Part shown: piece by piece, positions 10,770 through 19,649 of the stretch
Layout of the letters: each line of letters starts with the position of its first letter
Position numbering within the stretch: position 1 is the first letter of the stretch
Source of the DNA: an uncultured Dehalococcoidales bacterium
GTDB taxonomy: Bacteria; Chloroflexota; Dehalococcoidia; Lucifugimonadales; Lucifugimonadaceae
Direction of reading: 5' to 3'
NCBI GenBank assembly: GCA_964472915.1
Contig: CAYYMP010000002.1
Location: 240-64,239 of the forward strand
DNA length: 64,000 bases
Translations under genes and position numbers: made by a program
Notes under the pieces: generated by a model
Told to the model about the DNA's origin: nothing
The model's database searches: none
What the model saw: the letters and a program-made list of their open reading frames with translations, nothing else

Positions 10770-11504
10770 TTATCCGAGTCGTTCAGCGAGTGCGTCGGGA
10801 TGATACGACATGATCGTGTCAGCTCCAGCGTTAGCTGCAGCAACCATTGCGTCCACGTCGTCCATGATTCCAGGACCCGAAGCGATTATCTTCTTGCCAG
10901 CTTCGTGAGCTTGAGAAACTTCCTCTACGGTGATCGGGTATCGAACATATATCCAGTTCGAGTACGGGTCTGAAATCGCCATCGGTAATTCAGGCGCAGT
11001 GTTTGCAACAGTGGAGCACTGGAAATCTGAGCTTCCTTCGTAGAAACGCCTTCGAACGTCCACCGAAAGGTGAATAAGCCCGAAACCAACGGTGTTACCC
11101 ATTAGTCCTCGTTCTTCAAGCGCCCGGCAAATCTTGTTGATGCTTCCGGGAGGAAGAGTTTTTAGTTCAATCGCGAGTGTCGTGTCCGCAGTACCGTGAT
11201 CTCGAACGACATCCAGCGTTTCTTCCAGAGTAGGGATCTTTTCACCTGCGAATTTTTCGCCCCACCAGCTACCCGCATCTAGCTCTCGCAGTTCGGCGAG
11301 TGTCATCCCTTCAACCCGGCCTGACCCGTTTGTGGTGCGATCAACGGTGTCGTCGTGAACGACTACGAGTTCGTCATCCGACGTTCCCCGCAGGTCGATC
11401 TCTATCGCCATGCCTTTTTCAAGTGCCGCTTTGAACGCTACGAGCGTGTTTTCCGGATACACCTCGTCGAGACCGCGGTGCGCAATGATTACTGGTGAGC
11501 TCAT
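10770..11504 (-). CDS. Glycerophosphodiester phosphodiesterase family protein
   Basis: IAHRG, PENTL, EIDL, VHDDTVDRTT, IPTLEE. Confidence 0.9.
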   Translation of the reverse strand: MSSPVIIAHRGLDEVYPENTLVAFKAALEKGMAIEIDLRGTSDDELVVVHDDTVDRTTNGSGRVEGMTLAELRELDAGSWWGEKFAGEKIPTLEETLDVVRDHGTADTTLAIELKTLPPGSINKICRALEERGLMGNTVGFGLIHLSVDVRRRFYEGSSDFQCSTVANTAPELPMAISDPYSNWIYVRYPITVEEVSQAHEAGKKIIASGPGIMDDVDAMVAAANAGADTIMSYHPDALAERLG

Positions 11505-11560
11505 GTTTCTTAGTTGGGATTACTTGATCAGGAAAAGTTTTCGACGGACAAAATATCCGA

Positions 11561-12952
11561 TTAATCAGCGCCAGACAGCAGTTCTTTCGCCTCTTTGATA
11601 GCTTCTCTGACCTGGTTAGGAGCTGTTCCACCCGGTACATCGCGTGCAGCTACGGCTGATTCGAGAGTAATTTCCAGCACGCCCTCATCGAACAGGTCAG
11701 AAGCACGCTGAAAGTCCTCCAGAGTCAACTCACTAAAGCCGATTCCGTCGGCGATGCACTGTTTTGAAAGCTCAGATACGGCAATGTACGCCTCGCGGAA
11801 CGGAACTCCCTTGCCAACCAGATAGTCGGCAATATCCGTTGCCAGCACGAAGCTCTTTTCAGCTGCCTGACGCATACGATCAGTGTTCACAGTCATGCCC
11901 GAGATCATGCCGGCGGCAGATTCAAGTGATGTGATTACTGTGTCGGCCGCGTCAAACAATCCTTCCTTGTCTTCCTGCAGATCGCGGTTGTACGTGAGCG
12001 GTAGTCCTTTGATCGTGGTCAGCAGACCCATCAACGATCCGTACACACGGCCTGTCTTTCCGCGAACCAACTCAGCGAAGTCAGGATTTCTCTTCTGAGG
12101 CATGATGCTTGAGCCGGAGGTGTATTCATCCGAAAGTTTGATGAATCCAAACTCGTCTGAAGACCAGATGATCAGTTCTTCAGACAGGCGTGATAGGTGT
12201 GCCATTGCCAATGAGGCTGCGGTGAGGAATTCAACGATGAAATCACGGTCGGAAACCGCGTCCATCGAGTTGCGAGATATCTCGCTGAAGTCGAGTTGTT
12301 CCGCGACCCAGTCACGGTCGATCGGGTACGGCACGCCCGCCATCGCTCCTGAGCCCAGAGTCATGACGTCGGCGGACTCTGCAGCTTGAGCAAAGCGAGT
12401 TGAGTCGCGGTCGAACATCTCGAAGTACGCCATCAGGTGATGTGCAAGAACGACTGGTTGCCCACGCTGCAGGTGTGTGTATCCGGGAAGGATTGTGTCG
12501 ACATGCTTTTCAGCGAGATCAACGAGAGCGTGCTGCAGTTCAACGCAGGCATCAAAAGCACGACCACAGGCGACCTGCGTCCATAGGCGCGTGTCTGTAG
12601 AAACCTGGTCGTTGCGTGAGCGGGCGGTGTGCAGACGTCCCGCTGCCTCACCGATCAATTCATAGAGACGCGATTCCACGTTCATGTGGATATCTTCGAG
12701 TTCGAACTTCCACTCGAACTCACCCGCATCGATTTCGTCGCTGATCTTGGTTAGGCCTTCGACGATTTTCTCTGCTTCGTCCTGCTCAATGATGCCCTGG
12801 CGGCCCAGCATTCGAGCGTGCGCGATCGATCCCATGATGTCTTCCCTGTACATGCGGGAGTCGTAATGGACCGATACGGTGAAGTCGCTTGCCAGCTCGC
12901 TTCCGCGAGCCGCTGCGGCGGGATTGTTCTTATTGTTCGAATTACTGGACAT
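11561..12952 (-). CDS. argH: Argininosuccinate lyase
   Basis: EDIHMNVE, RSRNDQ, GSSIMPQKRNPD, YNRDLQEDKE. Confidence 0.97.
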   Translation of the reverse strand: MSSNSNNKNNPAAAARGSELASDFTVSVHYDSRMYREDIMGSIAHARMLGRQGIIEQDEAEKIVEGLTKISDEIDAGEFEWKFELEDIHMNVESRLYELIGEAAGRLHTARSRNDQVSTDTRLWTQVACGRAFDACVELQHALVDLAEKHVDTILPGYTHLQRGQPVVLAHHLMAYFEMFDRDSTRFAQAAESADVMTLGSGAMAGVPYPIDRDWVAEQLDFSEISRNSMDAVSDRDFIVEFLTAASLAMAHLSRLSEELIIWSSDEFGFIKLSDEYTSGSSIMPQKRNPDFAELVRGKTGRVYGSLMGLLTTIKGLPLTYNRDLQEDKEGLFDAADTVITSLESAAGMISGMTVNTDRMRQAAEKSFVLATDIADYLVGKGVPFREAYIAVSELSKQCIADGIGFSELTLEDFQRASDLFDEGVLEITLESAVAARDVPGGTAPNQVREAIKEAKELLSGAD

Positions 12953-12972
12953 TTTTTACTCAGAAAAGAATA

Positions 12973-12995
12973 GGGCGCAGTGGAGTTCTGCGCCC
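12973..12995 (-). terminator. Hairpin with U-rich tail between argG and argH
   Basis: GGGCGCAG/CTGCGCCC stem, followed on - strand by TATTCTTTTC. Confidence 0.5.
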
Positions 12996-13044
12996 ATCAT
13001 TATCGTTGTAGTCGGGAAAGAGGTTCTTAGCTCTATCTCAACAC

Positions 13045-14268
13045 TTATCGGGCGTCGTGGAAGGTCTGCTTTCGTGCCTGGGTTCGAGCCGACAGTGAGT
13101 AAATGTCAATAAACCCGGTTGCTGCAGCGTGATCGAATGCATCTTCCGACGAGTACGTGGCGAGGTCGAAGTCGTACAACGAGAACGGCGAACGGCGTCC
13201 GACAACAATGCACGATCCCTTGTGCAGGCGAACGCGAACGTCTCCGGTCGAGAATTCGTGTGCCGAGTCCATGAATGCATCAATGTTTACCCGCAGTTCT
13301 GTGAACCAGCGTCCGTCGTAGACCATGTCGGAGTAAAGCTGAGAAAGATTCTCTTTAACCCGCTGTTGCTCACGAGACATTGTCGATGTTTCGAGCGCCT
13401 TGAGGGCGGTGTGAAGAACGACCGCAGCAGGAGTCTCGTAAACCTCGCGAGACTTGATTCCGACCAAGCGGTTTTCAACGTGGTCAATCCGACCAACGCC
13501 ATGCTCGCCAGCAAGGTCGTTCAAAGTCGCGATTAGTTCAACACCAGACTTTGCCGAACCATCAAGACTGACAGGAATTCCCTTTTCAAAGCCAATAGAA
13601 ATTTCAACTGGTTCGTCCGGGGTGTCTGAGATTTGCCTGGTCCACGAGAAGGCGTCTTCCGGTGGAGCCAACCATGTGTCTTCGAGGTCTTCGCCTTCGA
13701 TTGCTTGACCCCACAAGTTGCGGTCGATTGAGTAGACGCGTTGGTCGTCACCGACTTCACGAAGTTCAAGACCTGCCTTCTGGGCGTAGAGCTTTTCTTC
13801 GTCACGAGTCATGCCCCATTCGCGTGCAGGAGCAATGATCTTCAGTGGATCACCGTGGGCAGCGAGCGTCATGATTCCTGCGTCGAAACGAACCTGGTCG
13901 TTACCTTTTCCAGTACAACCGTGAGCAACTGCTGTAGCTCCAACCTGGCGCGCTGCTTCAACAAGCTTTTTAGCCATCAGAGGGCGACCGAGAGCCGTTG
14001 AGAGGGCGTAAACACCTTCATACATTGCTCCGGCTTTCAGACCCGGCCAGATGTACTCGTTGATGAACTCCTCTCGTACGTCCCAGATCAAAGAGTCGAG
14101 TGCCCCTGCTGTGGCAGCTCGTTCTTTAACTCCAACGATTTCTGGTCCAGCGCCGAGGTCGACGGTGAGCGTGACGACGTCCATGTCGTACTGCTCCTGG
14201 ATCCAGACGGTTGAGATTGTGGAGTCCATGCCCCCGCTGTATGCGAGAACACACTTTTCTCTGGCCAT
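13045..14268 (-). CDS. argG: Argininosuccinate synthase
   Basis: LAYSGGMDS, HGCTGKGNDQVRF, ENRLVGIKSREVYE. Confidence 0.97.
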   Translation of the reverse strand: MAREKCVLAYSGGMDSTISTVWIQEQYDMDVVTLTVDLGAGPEIVGVKERAATAGALDSLIWDVREEFINEYIWPGLKAGAMYEGVYALSTALGRPLMAKKLVEAARQVGATAVAHGCTGKGNDQVRFDAGIMTLAAHGDPLKIIAPAREWGMTRDEEKLYAQKAGLELREVGDDQRVYSIDRNLWGQAIEGEDLEDTWLAPPEDAFSWTRQISDTPDEPVEISIGFEKGIPVSLDGSAKSGVELIATLNDLAGEHGVGRIDHVENRLVGIKSREVYETPAAVVLHTALKALETSTMSREQQRVKENLSQLYSDMVYDGRWFTELRVNIDAFMDSAHEFSTGDVRVRLHKGSCIVVGRRSPFSLYDFDLATYSSEDAFDHAAATGFIDIYSLSARTQARKQTFHDAR

Positions 14269-14411
14269 GGTTGAGTTCGATTCCTGTTTAGATGATCTTG
14301 AGTTGCCGCCTCACGCGAACGGCAACCAATCCATTCTCTCGCCAGAAGGCGCGAATGTCATCCCGTTCTGAAAAATCGGTTCCCGTTCCGGACTGGAAAG
14401 GGTATGGATCG

Positions 14412-14765
14412 TTACAAGTCCACCCGCGCAGGCATCCATTTCTCAGCCCACTCTTGGAGAGCGTCGAAAACAGGTGAAAGCTCGCATGCCATTTCAGTTG
14501 CGGCGTATTCGACAAGAACTGGACGAGAGGAAGAGTCGACTTCGCGCTCGATCAACCCAATGTCTTCGAGTTCTGCGAGTCGTTGCGAAAGAACCCGGTC
14601 GGATATTCCCTCAACTGCCGTTTTGATCTCAGAAAAGCGACCTGGTTTCTCCATCAATGAAGTCAAGATCAATCCAGACCAACGGCGCGCAAGCAACTCC
14701 ATCGCTGCTTCATAGTGCGGACATAGTGCGGAACTACTGGAATGTTCAACTGAGGGATTGGGCAT
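14412..14765 (-). CDS. HxlR family winged-helix regulator
   Basis: CP...LLARRWSGLIL, RFSEI, ISDRVLSQRLAELE, VEY. Confidence 0.88.
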   Translation of the reverse strand: MPNPSVEHSSSSALCPHYEAAMELLARRWSGLILTSLMEKPGRFSEIKTAVEGISDRVLSQRLAELEDIGLIEREVDSSSRPVLVEYAATEMACELSPVFDALQEWAEKWMPARVDL

Positions 14766-14833
14766 CGTGCAATTCAGTGTACACGCACAGGAAGTAACTA
14801 ACTATTAGTTAGTGTTCCGCCAGCGATGTCAAC

Positions 14834-14864
14834 AAAAAGCCCGAGGCGTCATCGCCTCGGGCTT
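14834..14864 (-). terminator. Intrinsic terminator after argD
   Basis: AAGCCCGAGGCG/CGCCTCGGGCTT stem with A5 on + (U-tract on -). Confidence 0.8.
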
Positions 14865-14890
14865 CATTTTCTTATTTGGTCAGATGCTGA

Positions 14891-16114
14891 CTAAGCGCCA
14901 GTCTCTTCGAGAACACGATCGAGAATGTCGACCGCTTCATCGATCTCCTCGCGAGATACGTTCAACGGTGGCATGAACCTGATCATGTTCGGACGAACTG
15001 CGTTGATCAGAAGTCCCTCGTCGAGAGCCTTCGCCACGGTTGCCCCAGAGATTTCCTTGTTCATTTGCAGAGCAATTAGCAATCCCATCCCACGCACTTC
15101 AGTGATGAAGTCATGCTTTTCTGCCAGAGCTTGCAGCTTTCCACGGAAGTAAATACCAGTCTCTTCGGCGAGCGCAGGGATGTCCTCATCCACCATGACC
15201 TTTGCTGCGGCAGAACCTGCAGCGGTAGTCAAAGCATTTCCACCGAACGTAGAACCGTGATCACCCGGTTCTAGAACCGAGCAAAATTCCTTGGTTGTGA
15301 ACGCACCAAGCGGTGCACCTGATCCGAGTGCCTTCGCAAGCGTCATTACATCGGGCTCAACACCAGGGAATTGCTGGTAGCCAAACAACGTTCCGATTCG
15401 ACCCATCCCGGTCTGAACTTCATCGAGCATGAACAAGATGTTCTTCTCATGACAGAAGTCCATTATTTCCTTGAGATAGTTCTCGTCTGGGATGTTGACT
15501 CCACCTTCACCTTGAACAGGCTCAAGTAGAACGGCACAGGTTTTACCTTCAACGTAGGCATCTTTGATTGCCTGAACATCGTTGTAGGGCACGTTCACGA
15601 AGCCGGGCATAAGTGGCTTCCAGTTGTCCTGGTAATGAGGCTGACCGGTGGCCGCCATCATTGCCTGCGTGCGACCGTGGAACGAGTCGAGCGCCGTGAT
15701 GATTTCGTACGCGCCGTTCAACTTCAGCTTGCCCCACTTGCGAGCAACTTTGCATGCGCCCTCGTTTGCCTCTGCTCCTGAATTGCAGAAGAACACACGA
15801 TCAACATCTGAGTTGTCGACGATGATTTGTGCGAGCGGAAGCTGCGGTGTCGTGTAGAAAAGGTTCGACATTTGCAGGATTTTTCCTGCCTGATCGCGAA
15901 TTGCCTCGGTTACAGCCGGGTGGTTGTGACCCAAATTGAGGACTGCCCAACCCGCGGTGAAATCGAGGTAGCTCTTGCCGTCGTTGTCGAATACTCGAGT
16001 ACCTTCGCCTCGTACCAGGACCGGTGGCATTCGGTTAACCACCTGCATGTAGTACTTGGATTCAAGGTCCTTGTATTCAGCTGAGCTAGTCATCTTTCTC
16101 TCCATGGGCTTCAT
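14891..16114 (-). CDS. argD: Acetylornithine aminotransferase
   Basis: NSGAEANE, SFHGRT, EPVQGEGG, DEVQTG, LAKALG, HGSTFGGN; arg cluster. Confidence 0.93.
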   Translation of the reverse strand: MKPMERKMTSSAEYKDLESKYYMQVVNRMPPVLVRGEGTRVFDNDGKSYLDFTAGWAVLNLGHNHPAVTEAIRDQAGKILQMSNLFYTTPQLPLAQIIVDNSDVDRVFFCNSGAEANEGACKVARKWGKLKLNGAYEIITALDSFHGRTQAMMAATGQPHYQDNWKPLMPGFVNVPYNDVQAIKDAYVEGKTCAVLLEPVQGEGGVNIPDENYLKEIMDFCHEKNILFMLDEVQTGMGRIGTLFGYQQFPGVEPDVMTLAKALGSGAPLGAFTTKEFCSVLEPGDHGSTFGGNALTTAAGSAAAKVMVDEDIPALAEETGIYFRGKLQALAEKHDFITEVRGMGLLIALQMNKEISGATVAKALDEGLLINAVRPNMIRFMPPLNVSREEIDEAVDILDRVLEETGA

Positions 16115-16246
16115 TCAAATTCGGTGAAGTCCCCAGTAATCCCTCTCGCGACCTGCGAAAAGATGTTCGAACTCATCCAGTTCGAACGCCGCCTAAAAAA
16201 AGCGGAACGAGAAATATATCGCAGTGGTGACTGGTTTGGGTTGAAT

Positions 16247-16822
16247 TCAGCTTTTTCTGCCGGGTCGCCAACCTCGAGCAGTTGCCTTAGCGAGCAGAAC
16301 GGCGGCGAGCACGATCGATCCAATCGCAAGCTGCCAGCTGTAGCCGAGTGGAGTTGCAAGTACCACCATTACAGCGAGTCCAACTGCAGCACCGTGTCCG
16401 CTGCTTTTGAACTTCGCGATCACAAGCGCGCCACTGGCGAATCCGAGAATTCCTACTAACGGCATGAGAGCGAACACACCGCCAGAACCGGTTGCAAGCC
16501 CCGCGCCACCCCTGAAGCGATTGAATACTGGATACCAGTGACCAATGATCGCTGCCGCGAGAGTTGCAATCCACACCATTTCGTTGTCGGTGACTATGCG
16601 TGCGATAACGACGGGTGCCGCACCTTTGACCGCATCTCCTACATAAACGGCAATCCCGAGCCTTTTGTCGACCTTACGGAAGACATTTGCCGCACCAGGA
16701 TTGCCTGTTCCAGTTGCGAAGAGATCAACACCCTTGTTTCGGGTCAGAATTTGTGCAAACGAGATTGAGCCGAGGAGATACCCGGCGAGTAACAACGCAA
16801 TTATTTCGCCGGTCTCAGTCAC
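16247..16822 (-). CDS. plsY: Glycerol-3-phosphate acyltransferase PlsY
   Basis: YLLGSI, GTGNPGAANVFR, DAVKG, GHWYPV...FRGG. Confidence 0.85.
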   Translation of the reverse strand: MTETGEIIALLLAGYLLGSISFAQILTRNKGVDLFATGTGNPGAANVFRKVDKRLGIAVYVGDAVKGAAPVVIARIVTDNEMVWIATLAAAIIGHWYPVFNRFRGGAGLATGSGGVFALMPLVGILGFASGALVIAKFKSSGHGAAVGLAVMVVLATPLGYSWQLAIGSIVLAAVLLAKATARGWRPGRKS

Positions 16823-16834
16823 GATGGTTCCTGT

Positions 16835-17635
16835 CTATATGATGCGAGTGCCGATGTCTTCACCACGAGCGCATGCAAGCAGTGCTCCAGCGAGACGTCC
16901 GTCGATAATGTGACCTGAACCGGCAACCGTGACAGCGTCAACACACGCTTCGATTTTCGGGATCATTCCGCCCGCAGCAATGCCACCTGCAATTAGGTCG
17001 AGTGCCTGCTGACTGGTCATTCGTGGAATTAGTCGTTTTCGTGCATCCAGAACACCTTCAACATCGGTTTGGAACACGAGTCGGTCGGCTTTTACGGCCT
17101 TTGCAATGTGACCTGCCGATGTATCGGCGTTGACATTCAATATGCGGTCGTGGCCAGATTCAGACGGGTAGAGATGAAGAGCCGTTGGAGCAATCACCGG
17201 GATGGCACCAGAATTCAGCACGGCATCAACGGGGGCCGAGTTGGCTTTGACGATCTTTCCGACATATCCGAGCTCAGGATCAAGAACCTCGGCTTCAAGA
17301 AGACCACCTGAAACCCCGGAAATGCCTACCGCGTTGGCACCTGCCGCCTGGAACTCCGCAACAATTTGAGAGTTGACCAGTCCGGCGAGAACAGCAACCG
17401 CAACATGGAGGGTAGCTTCGTCGGTCCGCCTGAGACCACGAACGAATTCAGGTTGGATTCCCTGTTTGGCAACCCAATCACTGATTACTTTTCCGCCACC
17501 GTGAACGACGACGGGTTTAGCACCTTGTTTCCAGAGCCCCACGATGTCTGGAACTGTGGAGTCACCTTCACCAAGCGTACTGCCGCCGATCTTGATGACG
17601 ATCTTTTTACCGGCAACCGAAGATGAGGTCGTCAT
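16835..17635 (-). CDS. argB: Acetylglutamate kinase
   Basis: VIKIGG, VVHGGG, GLRRTD, NVNAD, GGMIPK. Confidence 0.95.
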   Translation of the reverse strand: MTTSSSVAGKKIVIKIGGSTLGEGDSTVPDIVGLWKQGAKPVVVHGGGKVISDWVAKQGIQPEFVRGLRRTDEATLHVAVAVLAGLVNSQIVAEFQAAGANAVGISGVSGGLLEAEVLDPELGYVGKIVKANSAPVDAVLNSGAIPVIAPTALHLYPSESGHDRILNVNADTSAGHIAKAVKADRLVFQTDVEGVLDARKRLIPRMTSQQALDLIAGGIAAGGMIPKIEACVDAVTVAGSGHIIDGRLAGALLACARGEDIGTRII

Positions 17636-17737
17636 AGCGCGATCTCCAGGTTGTATGACTCGCTCGAGTTCATCGGATTAAAAAGCTGATCATGTGGATT
17701 CTTGTGATCCACTCGAATGAAAATTCCTGAATGACTT

Positions 17738-18958
17738 CTAGGTGGTGTAGGCAGAGTTGAATACGACGTACTCTTCAGTGAGATCACATCCCCAGGCTTG
17801 TCCGTATCCGTCCCCGATATTGAGGGATATACGAAGCCGCACCTCGTCGCCTCCAAGCGCACTTACAACACTTTGGACGTTGTAAGAAATTGCCTTGCCT
17901 TCGGCGACTATCTGAATGTCGTTTATATAGCAGTCGATCTTCGACTCATCGAGCTCGATTCCACTCTTTCCGACTGCCATGAAAATACGACCCCAGTTAG
18001 GGTCACGACCGTACACAGCGGTCTTTACAAGTAGAGAAGCAGCACATTCACGAGAACTTACGAGAGCATCATCGTCACTCTTGGCGCCATCGACGGTCAC
18101 TTCGATGAGCTTGGTCGCCCCTTCACCGTCACGTGCAATTTCAATTGCAAGATGCCTGCAAACCTGTTGAACAGCCTCAGCGAAAGCTTCTGATGCTTCA
18201 TCACCGCCGGATATTTCAGGTCCGCCTGCTGCTCCGTTCGCCATTAGCAATACGGTGTCGTTTGTGCTTTGGTCGCCATCAACGTCGATTTGGTTGAAAC
18301 TGAGTTTTACAGCCTCCGAGAGGGTTTCTTGCAAGAACTTTGGCTCGACTTTCGCATCGGTCGATGCAAATGCAAGCATCGTTGCCATGTTCGGGTGAAT
18401 CATTCCCGAACCCTTCGACACTCCACCAACGGTATGAGTAACACCATTTGCTTCGAAGGAAACGGCTATTTCCTTGGTGCGCTTGTCTGTTGTGAGAATC
18501 GCTTTTGCGAATTCGTTTCCACCATCGTCGGTCACAGTTATTTGAGGGACGTATTCGCGAAGCAGAGCCATCGGTAGTTCAACACCGATCACGCCGGTTG
18601 AAGCAACCAGGGTTTCTTCTGCTGAAACACCGATGTGTGCAGCAGCAATGTCGGTCATTTCCTTAGCGTCGATGTAACCCTGTTCGCCGACTGCGCAGTT
18701 TGCACACCCGCTGTTGGCAACTACAGCGCGAACACGTTTTTCAACTCCAACGCGCTCTCGAGACAGTGTGGCTGAAGGTGAAATCACGGAATTCTGAGTA
18801 AATGTCCCGGCAACCGTGCACGGAGAGTCGGAAACGAGTATTCCGATATCTCGCTTGTCAGCACCTGGTGTTTTGATACCGGCAAAGACTCCGCCGGCTG
18901 AAAAACCCTTTGCTGAGGTAACGGTTCCGTTTTCTACCGGACGAATCTCAAGTGTCAT
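17738..18958 (-). CDS. argJ: Ornithine acetyltransferase / N-acetylglutamate synthase
   Basis: STGVIG, KGSGMIHPNMATML, DGDQSTND, ARDGEGATK, DPNWGR. Confidence 0.97.
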   Translation of the reverse strand: MTLEIRPVENGTVTSAKGFSAGGVFAGIKTPGADKRDIGILVSDSPCTVAGTFTQNSVISPSATLSRERVGVEKRVRAVVANSGCANCAVGEQGYIDAKEMTDIAAAHIGVSAEETLVASTGVIGVELPMALLREYVPQITVTDDGGNEFAKAILTTDKRTKEIAVSFEANGVTHTVGGVSKGSGMIHPNMATMLAFASTDAKVEPKFLQETLSEAVKLSFNQIDVDGDQSTNDTVLLMANGAAGGPEISGGDEASEAFAEAVQQVCRHLAIEIARDGEGATKLIEVTVDGAKSDDDALVSSRECAASLLVKTAVYGRDPNWGRIFMAVGKSGIELDESKIDCYINDIQIVAEGKAISYNVQSVVSALGGDEVRLRISLNIGDGYGQAWGCDLTEEYVVFNSAYTT

Positions 18959-19158
18959 TTTGTTCGCTATTCCAGATCAGTTGATCGCTAGGTGAAATAT
19001 CACGGCGTTGATCGTATTCCAAAAACAATAAAACCGCACGATTCACGCTGTGGAAAATTCCACATGGTCGGTCGATATCTCGACAAGACCTGCGTTTTGT
19101 GCGGTAGATTCAGTTCGATTTGGAGTATACAGCAGCTACTTAGCTGCTTTGTGCACGT

Positions 19159-19374
19159 TTACGCGGCGGAGTCGAAGTCGGTTGCATCGTGCATTCGCCG
19201 GAAGGCGTTGGCAGCGTTCTTCCCAAGCCGGTCGAGTGACTCGCGAGAACCGCCTCGTTCTTGCGCAACGGCCAGTTCACCGAGGGCTTCGAGGAGTTCG
19301 CTTGCGATTGTCATGCCGGTGTGAGTCACAGGTTGATCCTTCCCTGTTGAGAATTTCAGTATTTCAGCTGCCAT
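19159..19374 (-). CDS. Small hypothetical protein (71 aa)
   Basis: ATG-started ORF in an intergenic gap, amphipathic helical composition; no recognised family. Confidence 0.5.
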   Translation of the reverse strand: MAAEILKFSTGKDQPVTHTGMTIASELLEALGELAVAQERGGSRESLDRLGKNAANAFRRMHDATDFDSAA

Positions 19375-19649
19375 TAGTTCGAAGTTACCCGGTAACGGAA
19401 TTCATTGCGTTGAGATTTTTGAACGTCTTTTAGGAAGTTTGTCCTATCTATGAATCCGAGTCAGTGGCGTCGAAAACCACATTAAGTTTCAGGGTTGCGG
19501 TATTACCGATGTGTTTGTTCGACCAGTGCCTTGTGTGTGATCTCACTACTGTGGACAGGCGCGACCCGGGCGAAACTGATGTGAAGCAATGGGTACCCGT
19601 AATAGGTATGGTTGCGCGTGGATTGCGCGCGCATAGATCTGCTGACCAA

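Noticed and set aside
16171-16195. GTTCGAAC-N7-GTTCGAAC as a LexA box
   Set aside because: Spacing does not fit GAAC-N4-GTTC, and argD is not an SOS gene.
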